63,887 nucleotides of DNA, filler included, from Octopus bimaculoides (GCF_001194135.2; 7 parts of 7 records of this genome joined end to end with filler, not necessarily neighbours in it), one strand, 5' to 3'. Shown: positions 1 to 12,630, counted from the first letter of the whole stretch. The notes: a model not told the origin generated them from the letters alone. Translations and numbers: made by a program.

Positions 1-146
1 ATAATTATGTGTATTTCTTCTATCTTAATGAATAAAAATTCTTCTGATAGAATAAATGGGTTAATAGAAACCAATGTAGCAAAGAACACAAAATAACTGT
101 GGTATGCAATTATAACATGCGTTTTCTCCAATCCTTAAATTCTTAT
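1..146 (-). mobile_element. PLE pseudo-LTR 3' fragment (family shared with 1604-1960, 29548-29735, 35625-36130, 63408-63610), internally deleted
   Basis: Reverse complement matches 29521-29560 and 29650-29735 almost base for base (taagaatttaaggaatggagaaaacgcatgttataattgc ... attttgtgttctttgctacattggtttctattaacccatt). Confidence 0.65.
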
Positions 147-156
147 ATATATATAT

Positions 157-520
157 ATGATGATGGCCGTCCATTCGTGACCGTGGAAGGGCATTGCTGA
201 CCTTCAAGAACATTGTGCGCTCTAGGACTAACTTATTTTGCATTTGCGGCTCCGTTGGTGGCTAATGAGCCCTGCACTTGACAGGCATACACGACTGCAA
301 ATATTGCAGACCAAGCTGTCCCCATTCACTACACCAGCAGTGCGCTTTCGAGCAGCACGCTTAAGCCACCAAGTTTGCTGTCCACTTACGGGATTCGAAG
401 AGGAACTTCACACCACAGAATAAAGTGGAGAAACGTAGAGACAGCCTATCCACGTGTTAATGGAACTCAGGAACGCAGCTTGGGCATATCTCGAGGATCG
501 TAGATTGTTTTTAGATCTAA
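157..520 (-). mobile_element. RTE-clade (BovB-like) LINE 3' end remnant with C-terminal C2H2-like motif
   Basis: Minus strand translates LKRAARKRTAGVVNGDSLVCNICSRVCLSSAGLISHQRSRKCKIS* (stop 228-230), the typical RTE ORF C-terminus. A short 3'UTR ends in CATCAT plus (TA)n. Confidence 0.75.
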
Positions 521-1603
521 GAATTCTACGTCACTGCTGAATTCCAGATCCGAAATTTTCAGCAAATGCTTTCGGCAAATTTGAAGTCACCACTCTTTTC
601 GGTTTGAGCAGCTACCCCGTAGGCTTGTGGGTCTTTTCTCTGGCATTATTCTACAATAGCTTGCTTATTTGTGGCTTAAAACCACAAGGGACATAAATCT
701 AATTTATTCCTTTTCTGGTTTTCAGTTTCTATTCACCCTTCCGCGTTTTGCATCCATCTTCTTCTCGACTTGTCTCGTAATTTCTCTAATACTAGCGACC
801 TGATTTGCAAATTGAATAGACCATGTGCTCAGAGACCAAAATTACTTGCTGATGTCTTATAAAATCTTCCCTACCTCAGCGTCTGAAAAGCAAATTCTAA
901 TAGTAGCTCATATCTATATACTGTGTGCATTCAGGAACACACACACACGCACATATATATATATATGTCCATATATATGTGTGTGTGTATGTGTGTGCGT
1001 GTGTGCGTGTGTATGTATGTATGTATGTATGTATGTATGTATGTATGTATATATATNNNNNNNNNNNNNNNNNNNNNNNNNNNNNNNNNNNNNNNNNNNN
1101 NNNNNNNNNNNNNNNNNNNNNNNNNNNNNNNNNNNNNNNNNNNNNNNNNNNNNNNNNNNNNNNNNNNNNNNNNNNNNNNNNNNNNNNNNNNNNNNNNNNN
1201 NNNNNNNNNNNNNNNNNNNNNNNNNNNNNNNNNNNNNNNNNNNNNNNNNNNNNNNNNNNNNNNNNNNNNNNNNNNNNNNNNNNNNNNNNNNNNNNNNNNN
1301 NNNNNNNNNNNNNNNNNNNNNNNNNNNNNNNNNNNNNNNNNNNNNNNNNNNNNNNNNNNNNNNNNNNNNNNNNNNNNNNNNNNNNNNNNNNNNNNNNNNN
1401 NNNNNNNNNNNNNNNNNNNNNNNNNNNNNNNNNNNNNNNNNNNNNNNNNNNNNNNNNNNNNNNNNNNNNNNNNNNNNNNNNNNNNNNNNNNNNNNNNNNN
1501 NNNNNNNNNNNNNNNNNNNNNNNNNNNNNNNNNNNNNNNNNNNNNNNNNNNNNNNNNNNNNNNNNNNNNNNNNNNNNNNNNNNNNNNNNNNNNNNNNNNN
1601 NNN

Positions 1604-2092
1604 GTTTACAATTAACACGGAAAAAATAGATAAACAGTTACCAGGATAGCAAAAGATCACACAAGTAAAAAGGTTGTGACACCTTATTTTTAAGGGTAGA
1701 AACTCCAGGTTTATGTGAAATATTTTGCATATTATATATAAATAAATAAATAAATAAATAGAGTTAAACGCAGGTGTTATTCGAATTCTTTTACTTCCGA
1801 CACATGTTTCGAAGATATTACTGTTATTATTCCAAAGAAATAAAATGGTGTAAAACAATGCAATCTTCTCTTCAGGGAAATGAAGAAATGAAACTTGTTA
1901 ATAAGACATCTTAAAAGTATATGATGGATATGTATAGTGATGAACTGAACGCTATTAAGTTTTTTTTTAAAAAAAAGGTTAGAGGATATAACATCAAAGG
2001 TAGCCTATAGAAAGTGGAGGGAATAATATCAATGTTATCTTCGAAACATGTGTCGGAAGTAAAAGAATTTGAATAACACCCGCGTTTAACTC
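1604..2092 (-). mobile_element. Penelope-like element pseudo-LTR with hammerhead and an inverted partial copy
   Basis: Homologous to 35640-36020, which lies directly downstream of a GIY-YIG ORF. 1761-1816 is repeated inverted at 2037-2092. Confidence 0.75.
1790..1885 (-). ncRNA. Minimal type-I hammerhead ribozyme, complete core
   Basis: Minus strand: AUUUCC-CUGAAGA-GAAGAU-(about 50 nt loop)-AUCUUC-GAAA-C-AUGU-GUC|GGAAGU. Stem I 6 bp, stem II 6 bp, palindromic ACAUGU in stem/loop III. Predicted cut between 1799 and 1798. Confidence 0.8.
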
Positions 2093-2148
2093 CAGACAGA
2101 AATACACACACACACACACACACTTACTCACACACACACACACACTCA

Positions 2149-2216
<68 letters not shown>

Positions 2217-2965
2217 CTATTTATCTAAAGGGCACAATACATATATTAAACCGCAACTAATCGTTTCATATATGTATACACTTACTAAGGACAAACCCGC
2301 TACATGGGTACACGACCTACTAAAAATAGTTGCTATTTCTTCCTCAAATCATACTGTGATTCCTTATAAGAGAATGCATTGAAGACTGACGTCACCGCCT
2401 GCTGTGTTTTGGGCATATGAAAAAAAAAGAAGAAAAGAAAATAAATGAGGAGATGGTTGCGTTTGGAAATCTTTGCTTGGTTTCTTTCCATATTAACCAT
2501 GCCTGGGGTTAAACAAATTATCCTCACAAATTCACATTTATCTTACCAAAATTCAATTAGGTAAAATTACTACAACAACAACAGCAGTACCAGCAGCCAC
2601 AGCAACAACAACAGCAACAACTACTACTACTACTACTACTACTACAAGGACAAAGCTTCCAACATACGAATTTGCGGTTGTTTGATAAACCGCATTACGT
2701 CCATTGAACGAGACATCACGTGATGACATAAAAATGATTTACGTCGTCATCAGTCAGCGATAGATCACATTACTACAAAGTGTGCGAAGTACTGTAAAGA
2801 TTGTATCCTTCGGCAATACACTCAACTCAACTATCAACTCAATGTTTACGTGATCTTCACGTAGAAGTTCATATCTTCAAATGTTTCTAGGCAAATCGTT
2901 GCATTTTATTTTAAAACAAAATGTCTATATTAATAGCTTTGTCTCTCCTTCTCTCTTTCTTTCTC

Positions 2966-2999
<34 letters not shown>

Positions 3000-3856
3000 N
3001 NNNNNNNNNNNNNNNNNNNNNNNNNNNNNNNNNNNNNNNNNNNNNNNNNNNNNNNNNNNNNNNNNNNNNNNNNNNNNNNNNNNNNNNNNNNNNNNNNNNN
3101 NNNNNNNNNNNNNNNNNNNNNNNNNNNNNNNNNNNNNNNNNNNNNNNNNNNNNNNNNNNNNNNNNNNNNNNNNNNNNNNNNNNNNNNNNNNNNNNNNNNN
3201 NNNNNNNNNNNNNNNNNNNNNNNNNNNNNNNNNNNNNNNNNNNNNNNNNNNNNNNNNNNNNNNNNNNNNNNNNNNNNNNNNNNNNNNNNNNNNNNNNNNN
3301 NNNNNNNNNNNNNNNNNNNNNNNNNNNNNNNNNNNNNNNNNNNNNNNNNNNNNNNNNNNNNNNNNNNNNNNNNNNNNNNNNNNNNNNNNNNNNNNNNNNN
3401 NNNNNNNNNNNNNNNNNNNNNNNNNNNNNNNNNNNNNNNNNNNNNNNNNNNNNNNNNNNNNNNNNNNNNNNNNNNNNNNNNNNNNNNNNNNNNNNNNNNN
3501 NNNNNNNNNNNNNNNNNNNNNNNNNNNNNNNNNNNNNNNNNNNNNNNNNNNNNNNNNNNNNNNNNNNNNNNNNNNNNNNNNNNNNNNNNNNNNNNNNNNN
3601 NNNNNNNNNNNNNNNNNNNNNNNNNNNNNNNNNNNNNNNNNNNNNNNNNNNNNNNNNNNNNNNNNNNNNNNNNNNNNNNNNNNNNNNNNNNNNNNNNNNN
3701 NNNNNNNNNNNNNNNNNNNNNNNNNNNNNNNNNNNNNNNNNNNNNNNNNNNNNNNNNNNNNNNNNNNNNNNNNNNNNNNAAGAATACTTCCTGCCTTGGT
3801 CAAGTTATTTGTTTCTGTGATGTTGTTTGTTCTTATGTATTTCAGAATTTCTCTGA

Positions 3857-3906
<50 letters not shown>

Positions 3907-3907
<1 letters not shown>

Positions 3908-3955
3908 GGCAGCGAGCTGGCAAAATCGTTAACAGTCTGGGAAAAATGCTTAGGA
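3907..3955 (+). mobile_element. tRNA-derived SINE family A, 5' head fragment
   Basis: aggcagcgagctggcaaaatcgttaacag...aaaaatgcttagg matches the family A head at 7269-7369. Confidence 0.6.
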
Positions 3956-3978
3956 ATTCACAAGTTTTCAGCAGTCTT

Positions 3979-4146
3979 TCAAGTGCTTAGAACCCTCCTG
4001 ATAATCCTTGCTGTCCTTAAGAGACAAACTTTCTGCAGGAGCTCTACCGGGCATTCTATTTCAACGTTCCTTAGCCACTGGTCTATATTTTGGCTTACTG
4101 TTCTTAGCGCACCAGTTATTATAGACACGACCTTTACTGTTCGCCA
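3979..4146 (-). mobile_element. R4/Dong-clade (restriction-like endonuclease) non-LTR retrotransposon, C-terminal fragment
   Basis: WRTVKVVSIITGALRTVSQNIDQWLRNVEIECPVELLQKVCLLRTARIIRRVLST* matches the GALG...LQK...GTARI.R.VL terminus. (TTA)n lies at 3858-3905 and 4146-4180. Confidence 0.75.
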
Positions 4147-4826
4147 ATAATTTATCATTATTATTATTATTATTATTACTAATTCTATCATTATTAATTA
4201 CCAATAAAGTAATAATAATCATCACATCGTCATCATTATCATTCTCCGGCTATATGAGATATTATCTCACGGTGAACGGATATCACCTACAACGGAGTGA
4301 TATGCTGGTGGCGGTGTGTTAGAATGAAATAAACAGTGCCTGCGGCCATGTTCAACGTAGACGCGTTAGTTAGCAGTTTATAAATATCACTCTCGTGTTA
4401 AAACTGTAAAATATATTTGCAATAACAAGCAAGAAATGTTACTTATTCCTACCTCTGTATTATGTATGAAGATATGTCTGTATGGTTCGGCATATGTATG
4501 TATGTATGTATATGTGTATATGTTGCATATAGGTTTATTTCCGCTTGTATGCGTCGGTTGTTATGCATATATATGCATGTGTACCTATATATGTATTTAT
4601 CTATCTATCTATCGATCGATCGATCGATCGATCTATCTATCCATCTATCTAAATATATATGTGTGTGTGTGTGTGTATAAGTGTATATATATATGGATAT
4701 ATATGTATATATATTAATATATATAGACAGACAGACAGACAAAGACAGATGGATATAAATATAAGCATACATACATAGTATATACGTAACTACATTCATA
4801 CACATACATACACACATACATACATA

Positions 4827-4862
<36 letters not shown>

Positions 4863-4931
4863 GTATATACATACCTAGGTGTATATATATGCATGTATGT
4901 GTATATATGTGTGTAGATGGGTGTGTGTGTG

Positions 4932-4980
<49 letters not shown>

Positions 4981-5435
4981 AATGTGAGGGTGTGGGATAG
5001 AGGTAAGTTCTTTTCCATTCAGTTGTTTAAGCTAAATCGTGACTGAAGCCAGAACGAGCAGACACCACCGTGGGCTTTCTTCAATTTTTTTCTTTTATTC
5101 TCTTCCTTCGCCACCATCACCACTAGCATCATCATCATCATCATCATCATCATAATGATCACCAACAGCACCATCCTTCTCGTCGTCAATATTATTTTCA
5201 TTTCCATTTTTTTCCACACCATCTTACTGCTTCGAGCGAAAACAAAATGTCTTTTGCAACGCTGTTAATAATGACTCAGAATTCTCTCTGCACAATACAT
5301 ATTTCCTGATGCCATTGTCATGTCCTGCAGTGAATAAAGCCACCAGTTAATCCACATGATACGCTTTCGATTCCCCACTGATGCGAAATTCAGTTTTTCA
5401 CTTCTTTCATCGCCTTCGTTGCAATAATGATCTCA

Positions 5436-5622
5436 AATTTTGGCACAGGCTCAGCAATTTCGGGTAAGTCGACTGCAGTGTTCAACTGGTACTTATTTTA
5501 TCGACCCCGAAAGAATGAAAGGCAAAGTCGACCCTGATGGCATTTGAACTCAAAACGTAAAGTCGGACGAAATGTCCTTAAGCATTTTGTCCGGCGCGGT
5601 AACGACTCTGCTGGTCCGCTGC
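5436..5622 (-). mobile_element. SINE family A, diverged copy
   Basis: aactggtacttattttatcgaccccgaaagaatgaaaggcaaagtcgacc...atttgaactcaaaacg...aagcattttgtccggcgcggtaacgactctgc aligns to 8071-8281. Confidence 0.8.
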
Positions 5623-5996
5623 TTCACTCAGTCTTGGTCGTGATCTTAAGAATGAGAGTTTGGCCTTCTGCCAAACTTTGAGACCGAGACTAAGAATGAG
5701 TTATTCAAAAATGTTAGAAGTCACATCAGGCGCAGTGGGGGGCGTGGTCCTTTGTCTGTAGGCGTGTGTTCGTCTCGACGGCGTTAAATGTTGAGTTTGA
5801 AGGACAACAGCCACTCCCCATAAATACATACATACATGCCTGCATGCAAGTATACATACGTACATACATACTAAAATACTCTGTTGATGTTGAAATTCCA
5901 ATGAAGGAGACTTGGATCTAGGTTAGAAACCGGCTCTTTCTCTATTGGCAAGAAATCTTGAAATTAAACTGAATAATGACATACATACGTACATAC

Positions 5997-6062
<66 letters not shown>

Positions 6063-6095
6063 AATATGAGAGATAACGGCTGGTATTGATACGCT

Positions 6096-6126
<31 letters not shown>

Positions 6127-7268
6127 GTTATTTGTGACTGTGCATGTGTATGTATTTGTGTTTGTCTTATATTGTATCGAAATGTGTGTGTCTGTGTACC
6201 CGTTCACATGTGTGTGAATATTGACAAATATTTCATTAGTTCTCAATTTTAAATGAAAGTTCTTCCCAAGGACCTTCACTGATGATCTTGGCAGTAAGAG
6301 AGAGACCTTAATTATAAATCTGTCATGGCATGCCATTACATTCTGTCACCTCTCATCGTCTGCTATCACCTGTCACACAATTCGACACCAGCGACAAAAT
6401 TCTGGAATTGAAAGCAATACCATAGGAGCTAGATTCTTTCGTAAACAGTTAACAGATTGCTCAATTTTCTTAATTAAGAAAAGCCTTGTGTAATTAATGA
6501 AAATAATAATTTCTGTCTCTGTCACATGCGATAAAACTTTCGGCGGTGGTGGTGGTAGTGGTGGAAAACGTTTGGGAATAAGCATCTTCTCAGTAATAAA
6601 TCTCCAAGATCATCGACCTATTCTACAAATCGCGCCCTGAAAATCATTATCTCGAGGCTCAGGTTTTTCATTTCTCAAGCTGGTATACCACTGCTCCTGG
6701 ACTAACCGAATGAGGCATAAATTTTGTTGTTAGTCGAAAGGAGTGCGAGTTTAGACGTGGTAGAGATCTTAATTTTACGGGAGCTATCATATTTAACACA
6801 AGTCATATAAAGTGATTTAACAAGAGACTCGCTTCCAGAAACATATCTCTCCTTAGAGAACCACATCTAATATCTTCAAATGATTAATCGTAACGCATTA
6901 GGTGTGACTGTGAGACACAGCTATTGCTATACTCACAAGGAACCCTCTTTCTTATGTTCAATAAGATTTCAATTAGTGTTGCTCATATCAATGGCAAGCT
7001 GCGGCTACTGCTGCTACTGCTGCTGCTGCTGCTGTGCCGTCGCTGTTGCTTCTACCGCTGTTGCTTCCACCGCTGCTGCTATTGCTGCTGCCGATGATGA
7101 TGATGCTATATTCTATATCATAGACTTGGCTCTGTTAACGTTGTGGATTGTGGCCAAGAATTATCCTCCAGGATCGTGAGTCCTAGCATTTGTAACGACG
7201 TTGAGGTTGCTAGTTGCATATTAAGGGGTGGGGTGTAAGGATTTCTCTATTAATATAAGTAGTAAACA

Positions 7269-7369
7269 AGGCGGCGAGCTGGCAGAACGGTTAGCACGCC
7301 GGGCGAAATGCTGAGCGGTATTTCGTCCGTCTTAATGCTCTGAGTTCAAATTCCGCCGAGGTCAAGTTT
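7269..7369 (+). mobile_element. SINE family A, tRNA-like head
   Basis: A-box-like TGGCAGAACGGTTAG and B-box-like GAGTTCAAATTCC with extended spacing; truncated after gaggtc. Confidence 0.85.
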
Positions 7370-7494
7370 GTGTTGTTTTCTCTAAATTTAATGGGAAGCA
7401 AGAGCCCTTTGATGAAGGGCATACGAGAGAAGTCTTAGAAGAGACCTCGTGCCATGGAACCGCAGCTACAATGTAATGGGGATGAGTGTTGTTA

Positions 7495-7590
7495 TTGGAT
7501 GACTTCAGCACCTCTTCTGCGATGCTGGAAATGAGTGCAATAGGTTGATAGTTTGTCGGGAATAAGATTCTCTGTTGTACGATAATGTTG
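7495..7590 (-). mobile_element. Highly decayed LINE RT fragment (NYRPI motif)
   Basis: Minus-strand frame PTNYQPIALISSIAEEVLK resembles the P.NYRPISL.S...K..E motif of non-LTR RTs. Confidence 0.4.
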
Positions 7591-8070
7591 GAGAATGAAA
7601 AGAAGGAGGCGATGCATACGTATGTACAAATAATTGGTGGATATGGCGGCGGCGGCGGCGGCGGTGGTATTTGTACAGCGAGTTATTATTGCTAGAACAC
7701 GGAGTTCAAACAAGGAAAATAAAATCAAACCAAAATACACAGAAATAAAAAAAAGTACAAGAAACCAAACAATAGTTTTGAAATGTTAGAGTGAATCAAA
7801 CTAGAAGTGGAAGAGCAAGATGGCGGTTTGGTTGGATTGACAGTGGTCTTTCAGGCATCGATAATATAATCAAAACATTTGCGTATTGGACGGCAGATTT
7901 CGTCAACAGGAAAGCTGAAAATTCTTCCAATAGAAATATCGATTAGGTTTTGAATGATCTGAGAGTACCAGATGGTCTTTACCATTATTGAGACGTTGGC
8001 AGAAAGAGAATAAGCTGTGGTTCATATCACGACGAGCGGTGGGGTTATTTAGTTATGTGGAGGAACGAGT

Positions 8071-8281
8071 TATTTCTTTACTACCCACAAGGGGCTAAAC
8101 ATAGAGGTGACAGACAAACGGATTAAGTCGATTATATCGACCCCAGTGCGTAACTGGTACTTACTTAATCGACCCCGACAGGATGAAAGGCAAAGTCGAC
8201 CTCGGCGGAATTTGAACTCAGAACGTAGCGGCAGACGAAATACCGCTAAGCATTTCGCCCGGCGTGCTAACGATTCTGCCA
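8071..8281 (-). mobile_element. SINE family A, best-preserved copy
   Basis: Head (tggcagaatcgttagcacgccgggcgaaatgcttagcgg), B box, duplicated ggggtcgat module and 3' tail ending agtaaagaaata. Confidence 0.9.
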
Positions 8282-8371
8282 TGTGGAGGAATGTGTGTGT
8301 GTGAGGCNNNNNNNNNNNNNNNNNNNNNNNNNNNNNNNNNGGGGGGGGGGGTGATTGTGTGCACGTGCGCT

Positions 8372-8480
8372 TGTGTGTGGCTTTGTGGTTAGAAGCTTGC
8401 TTCGCAACCACATGGTTCCATGTTCAGTCCCACAGCGTGGCACCTTGGACAAGTGTCTTCTATTACAGCGTTGTGAGTGG
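8372..8480 (+). mobile_element. tRNA-derived SINE family B, 5' part
   Basis: gtggctttgtggttagaagcttgcttcgcaaccacatggttccatgttcagtcccacagcgtggcaccttggacaagtgtcttcta matches the heads at 28242 and 46344. Confidence 0.8.
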
Positions 8481-8975
8481 ATTAGCCTCGAGTGGATTTT
8501 GGTAAAATCGGACAGAACTTATGGGATGACCTGATATGTGTGTGCATCTGAACACATGTATACCCTGGCATGTGTGTATTTATGTACATATATATGTATG
8601 TATTTATGTATGTATTATATGGATGTTTATTTAGGTATATGTATGTATATGTGTATTTATGTACATGTGTGTATTATGTATATATATATATATATATNNN
8701 NNNNNNNNNNNNNNNNNNNNNNNNNNNNNNNNNNNNNNNNNNNNNNNNNNNNNNNNNNNNNNNNNNNNNNNNNNNNNNNNNNNNNNNNNNNNNNNNNNNA
8801 TATAGGGATTGACAGTAACCTGCTTCTCCAACAGTATGTTGGAGAAGCAGGTTACTGTCAATCCCTATATATTTATGATTATAAATGTTTTTTACCGAAA
8901 AGGTTTTTTCATACTGAGCTACCCGGCAAAATTGTTAATTAGTAATTTTATTACTAACTGACGATTCCCTGCCCT

Positions 8976-9022
8976 GCATATCTATTCAAATCAATATGCA
9001 TATCTATTCAAATCAATATGCA
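8976..9022. repeat. 22-bp tandem duplication
   Basis: tatctattcaaatcaatatgca twice, at 8979-9000 and 9001-9022. Confidence 0.9.
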
Positions 9023-9444
9023 TAGTTATATTAGTCAAATTGTATACCTCTCTAAATATACATAGACGTATATGTCTGCTCGCATGGCTATGAATGCGTT
9101 TGTGTGGTGCATGTTTGCATGCGTGTGTAACAAATTTCCTGTTACCAAAACAGTATTTTAAAACTTTTTGTTAGTTTTTTTTAAATAAATATACGTATTT
9201 GAAGACATTTACAATATGTTCAATCAACGTATAGTCAGCCTCGTTTTCAAGATATACTGTAAACAAGTTACTGAATCTTCGGTAACTAAGATTTAGAAAC
9301 CAGCAGAATAAATATTGTTATGGAAGATCCAGACGGTTTATTACTAGTATAGAAACCTTTATGTGTTTCTGGTGATAAGCCTGGTATAATTTGTATTTAT
9401 TTATATGTAACTTGACTGTCAAAGAAGACTTTACATATATATAC

Positions 9445-9501
<57 letters not shown>

Positions 9502-9509
9502 CACACAAA

Positions 9510-9890
9510 CTAGCTGAGTAGCCTCTCGTTGCCGAACTAGTTTCACAATAGAGTATCAATATTTTAATATGTTTTCTTTTATATATATATATTCCATGTC
9601 AGACCATGTCTTTCCTCGACGGATATTCTTCTTGCTCAGGACGGATTTTTGCATAATTTGGGAGCAATTTATAATGTCTCGATAAACGAAATTTTTTCTT
9701 GATCCATTTGCCATATAGATGTCAAGGTTTTTCTTACTTCCAGCTCTTTAACCTTCAACATAAAGCTGACCATATGTAAAGCTGGGATCTTTAAGGTTTA
9801 GACCGGTAACCGAATATGTTGATGGTCATGGCAAAACTAAGACTCCCTGGAAACTGAAGCCCTTTGAATTGAAATAGGACATCGTTTCCT
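9510..9890 (-). mobile_element. Helitron 3' remnant: PIF1-helicase C-terminus plus CTAG end
   Basis: Minus frames DVLFQFKGLQFPGSLSFAMTIN and DPSFTYGQLYVEG*RAGSKKNLDIYMANGSRKNFVYRDII match the Helitron helicase QFP...FAMTINK / HGQLYVA.SR / N.VY.E motifs. Ends ...tcggcaacga...cagCTAG|T at 9510. Confidence 0.75.
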
Positions 9891-10590
9891 TAGACTATGC
9901 GACGGAGGCCCTTGTGCGCTTGTCATCGAGTTGACGCACCCTATGCTCGCAGAGAGACAGACAGAAAGGGAGAGAGAGAGCACGTTTTCTGTTGCTATCA
10001 CAAATTTTGAAACTTTAAAATTTTGGTATATTGATGTCATTTTTCAAGTTGAATCTGATTTTTGTGATTCATTTACTCTAGAAAGAAATTTAGAAAAATG
10101 TTACAGATGTTTAAATGTGTTTGAAGGTATTTAATTTTTACACAATCAGAAAACAGGATTTAGTAGCTAGCATTTTCTGCTTGATAGCATTCTATCACAA
10201 AATGAAAGCAAGTATTACAGCGACGAAGTTTTAAATAAAATAAAAGCAATTACATGGAATATCCAGGAAGAGACAGAGCGGGAAGCAGCATGCGTGAAAG
10301 AAATGCATATAGAGAAAGAGGGAGTGAGAGAGAGAGAGAGAATGATAAATATACAGAGAGAGGAGAAAGAGTAAAAGACAAGCAGACAGAGAGAGAGAAA
10401 GGAGAGACTTAGCGATCTCAAAATTGTGTCATTTCTCGTCTCAGATTATATTTTTTTATTATTATTTACCGAATTTACCGAAAACCTTGTCTTTTGGGAG
10501 CAGATTTCGAGAATCATATCTGTTTTCTCCAGTATGCTCCGTTTCAGTGCATTTCAGGGCTATACACAAATAGATATACATAAACACACG

Positions 10591-10678
<88 letters not shown>

Positions 10679-11024
10679 ATTCAGATTTACAGATTTACGT
10701 ATGGACTCAAATACACACACACACACTCAAAAACACACTTGAATATAATCATATATAGAGAGAGAGAATTTCATGACATGCTCACGAATGCAGCAAGCTA
10801 CGTACATGAGAACCCACATTTTCAGGCAACAAATACATACGTAATCTGTACATGTACTTACACGAAAACTCATACAAACTCATACAAACATAACAAAAAC
10901 ATATATGCATACGTACACACGCACACATGCATATACACACGCTGAAAGAAAATGACACGCAAATAAATATATATATATATTAATGTACATATTTTTATAT
11001 AAAACAGAAATTCATATATATGTG

Positions 11025-11084
<60 letters not shown>

Positions 11085-11176
11085 TGTATGTGTGTGTATG
11101 TCTGTATACACATACATATACAGATTCATCAGCCTGTAACGTAACAAATGGTAATGCACGTGCATTCTTATGCAAC

Positions 11177-11207
<31 letters not shown>

Positions 11208-11458
11208 ACATACTTAAACGCATCCAGCACGCAGACATGCGCACAATGACAAACGCCGTACATGTTTTGTCTTAAGTTGTAATCCGTTTAGAATTATTTG
11301 AAGCAAGATGTAAGAAAAGAAAAGAAAAATAAGCAATCTTGACGAAAGATGTCATATTTTACACTGGTTTTGCTGTTATTAATTCTTTGGAAGGAAAAAT
11401 TCCAATAAAAATTACCGAAAATACATATGAAAATATAGAAAGACATACAGAATTTTTA

Positions 11459-11504
<46 letters not shown>

Positions 11505-11518
11505 NNNNNNNNNNNNNN

Positions 11519-11564
<46 letters not shown>

Positions 11565-11709
11565 GCATACATACAAAATAGTAAATGTGTATAAATGTAC
11601 GTTAATATTTGCATAATATGCAACATATATATAAATATACAATTTTTACACATACACACATAAATATATATATACATTTATATATAAATACATATATATA
11701 TATATAAAT

Positions 11710-11770
<61 letters not shown>

Positions 11771-12592
11771 CATTTTTATATAAATACATATATATATATG
11801 TTATGCATATATATATATATATATATATAGATCATGTACATATATTCTTATATTGTATTATATTGTATAACATAATATTATATATATTATATAACAGAGA
11901 GTGGGGGAATAAATGCATATATCGATAATGGCTAATATGTGTGTGCGTAATTATGTTATGTGTGTGTAAACATTTATCTATATATACATATACATTTATG
12001 TATATGTATGTATATATATGCAATATATATACATACATATATGTATGTACATGTATCTATGTGTGTAAGTACGTATGTATGTATGAATGTATCTGTGTAT
12101 GTATGCACACATTCAGACAAAGATACCGACGTACATCGAGATATACACTCTATGTCACCCACATTTACTTTGTTATCGTTTCTGATTATATCCAGAAAGC
12201 TGCAAATATAATGATTATGACATATAACGATATTCCATACTTAACAATTTGCCGATTCTTTTATTTTTAGAGAAGGACTCAAAATTTCATTTTCTATACA
12301 TGTAGTGACATCTGTCGTGAAAAAAAAAAGAAAGAAATAGCTAACTGCCATTATACTGACAGACTTCCCCATATCCCCGCCATTTGCATTCAATTTCTTT
12401 CTTAGAATGATTCTCAGCCTCTCTCTTTTTACATACTTGCTTTCTTTCTCTCACTCTTTCTCCCTCTTTCTCACTCTGGATTTTTCTGTCTTCCTGTGTT
12501 TTTCTACCTAAATGTTTGTCTATGTAGGTGCATATATGTGTGTGTATGTGTGTGTGTATACATACATATATATATACACTTTTATAACATAA

Positions 12593-12630
<38 letters not shown>

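Noticed and set aside
2747-2753. Other isolated CTGANGA hits (2747 minus, 8958, 13794, about 19737 minus, about 40168 minus, 44243)
   Set aside because: None is followed by a closed stem II plus GAAA and NUH.
6270-6330. CTGATGA at 6279 followed by tctt/aaga as a hammerhead
   Set aside because: GAGA replaces GAAA, and no stem I or III is in register.
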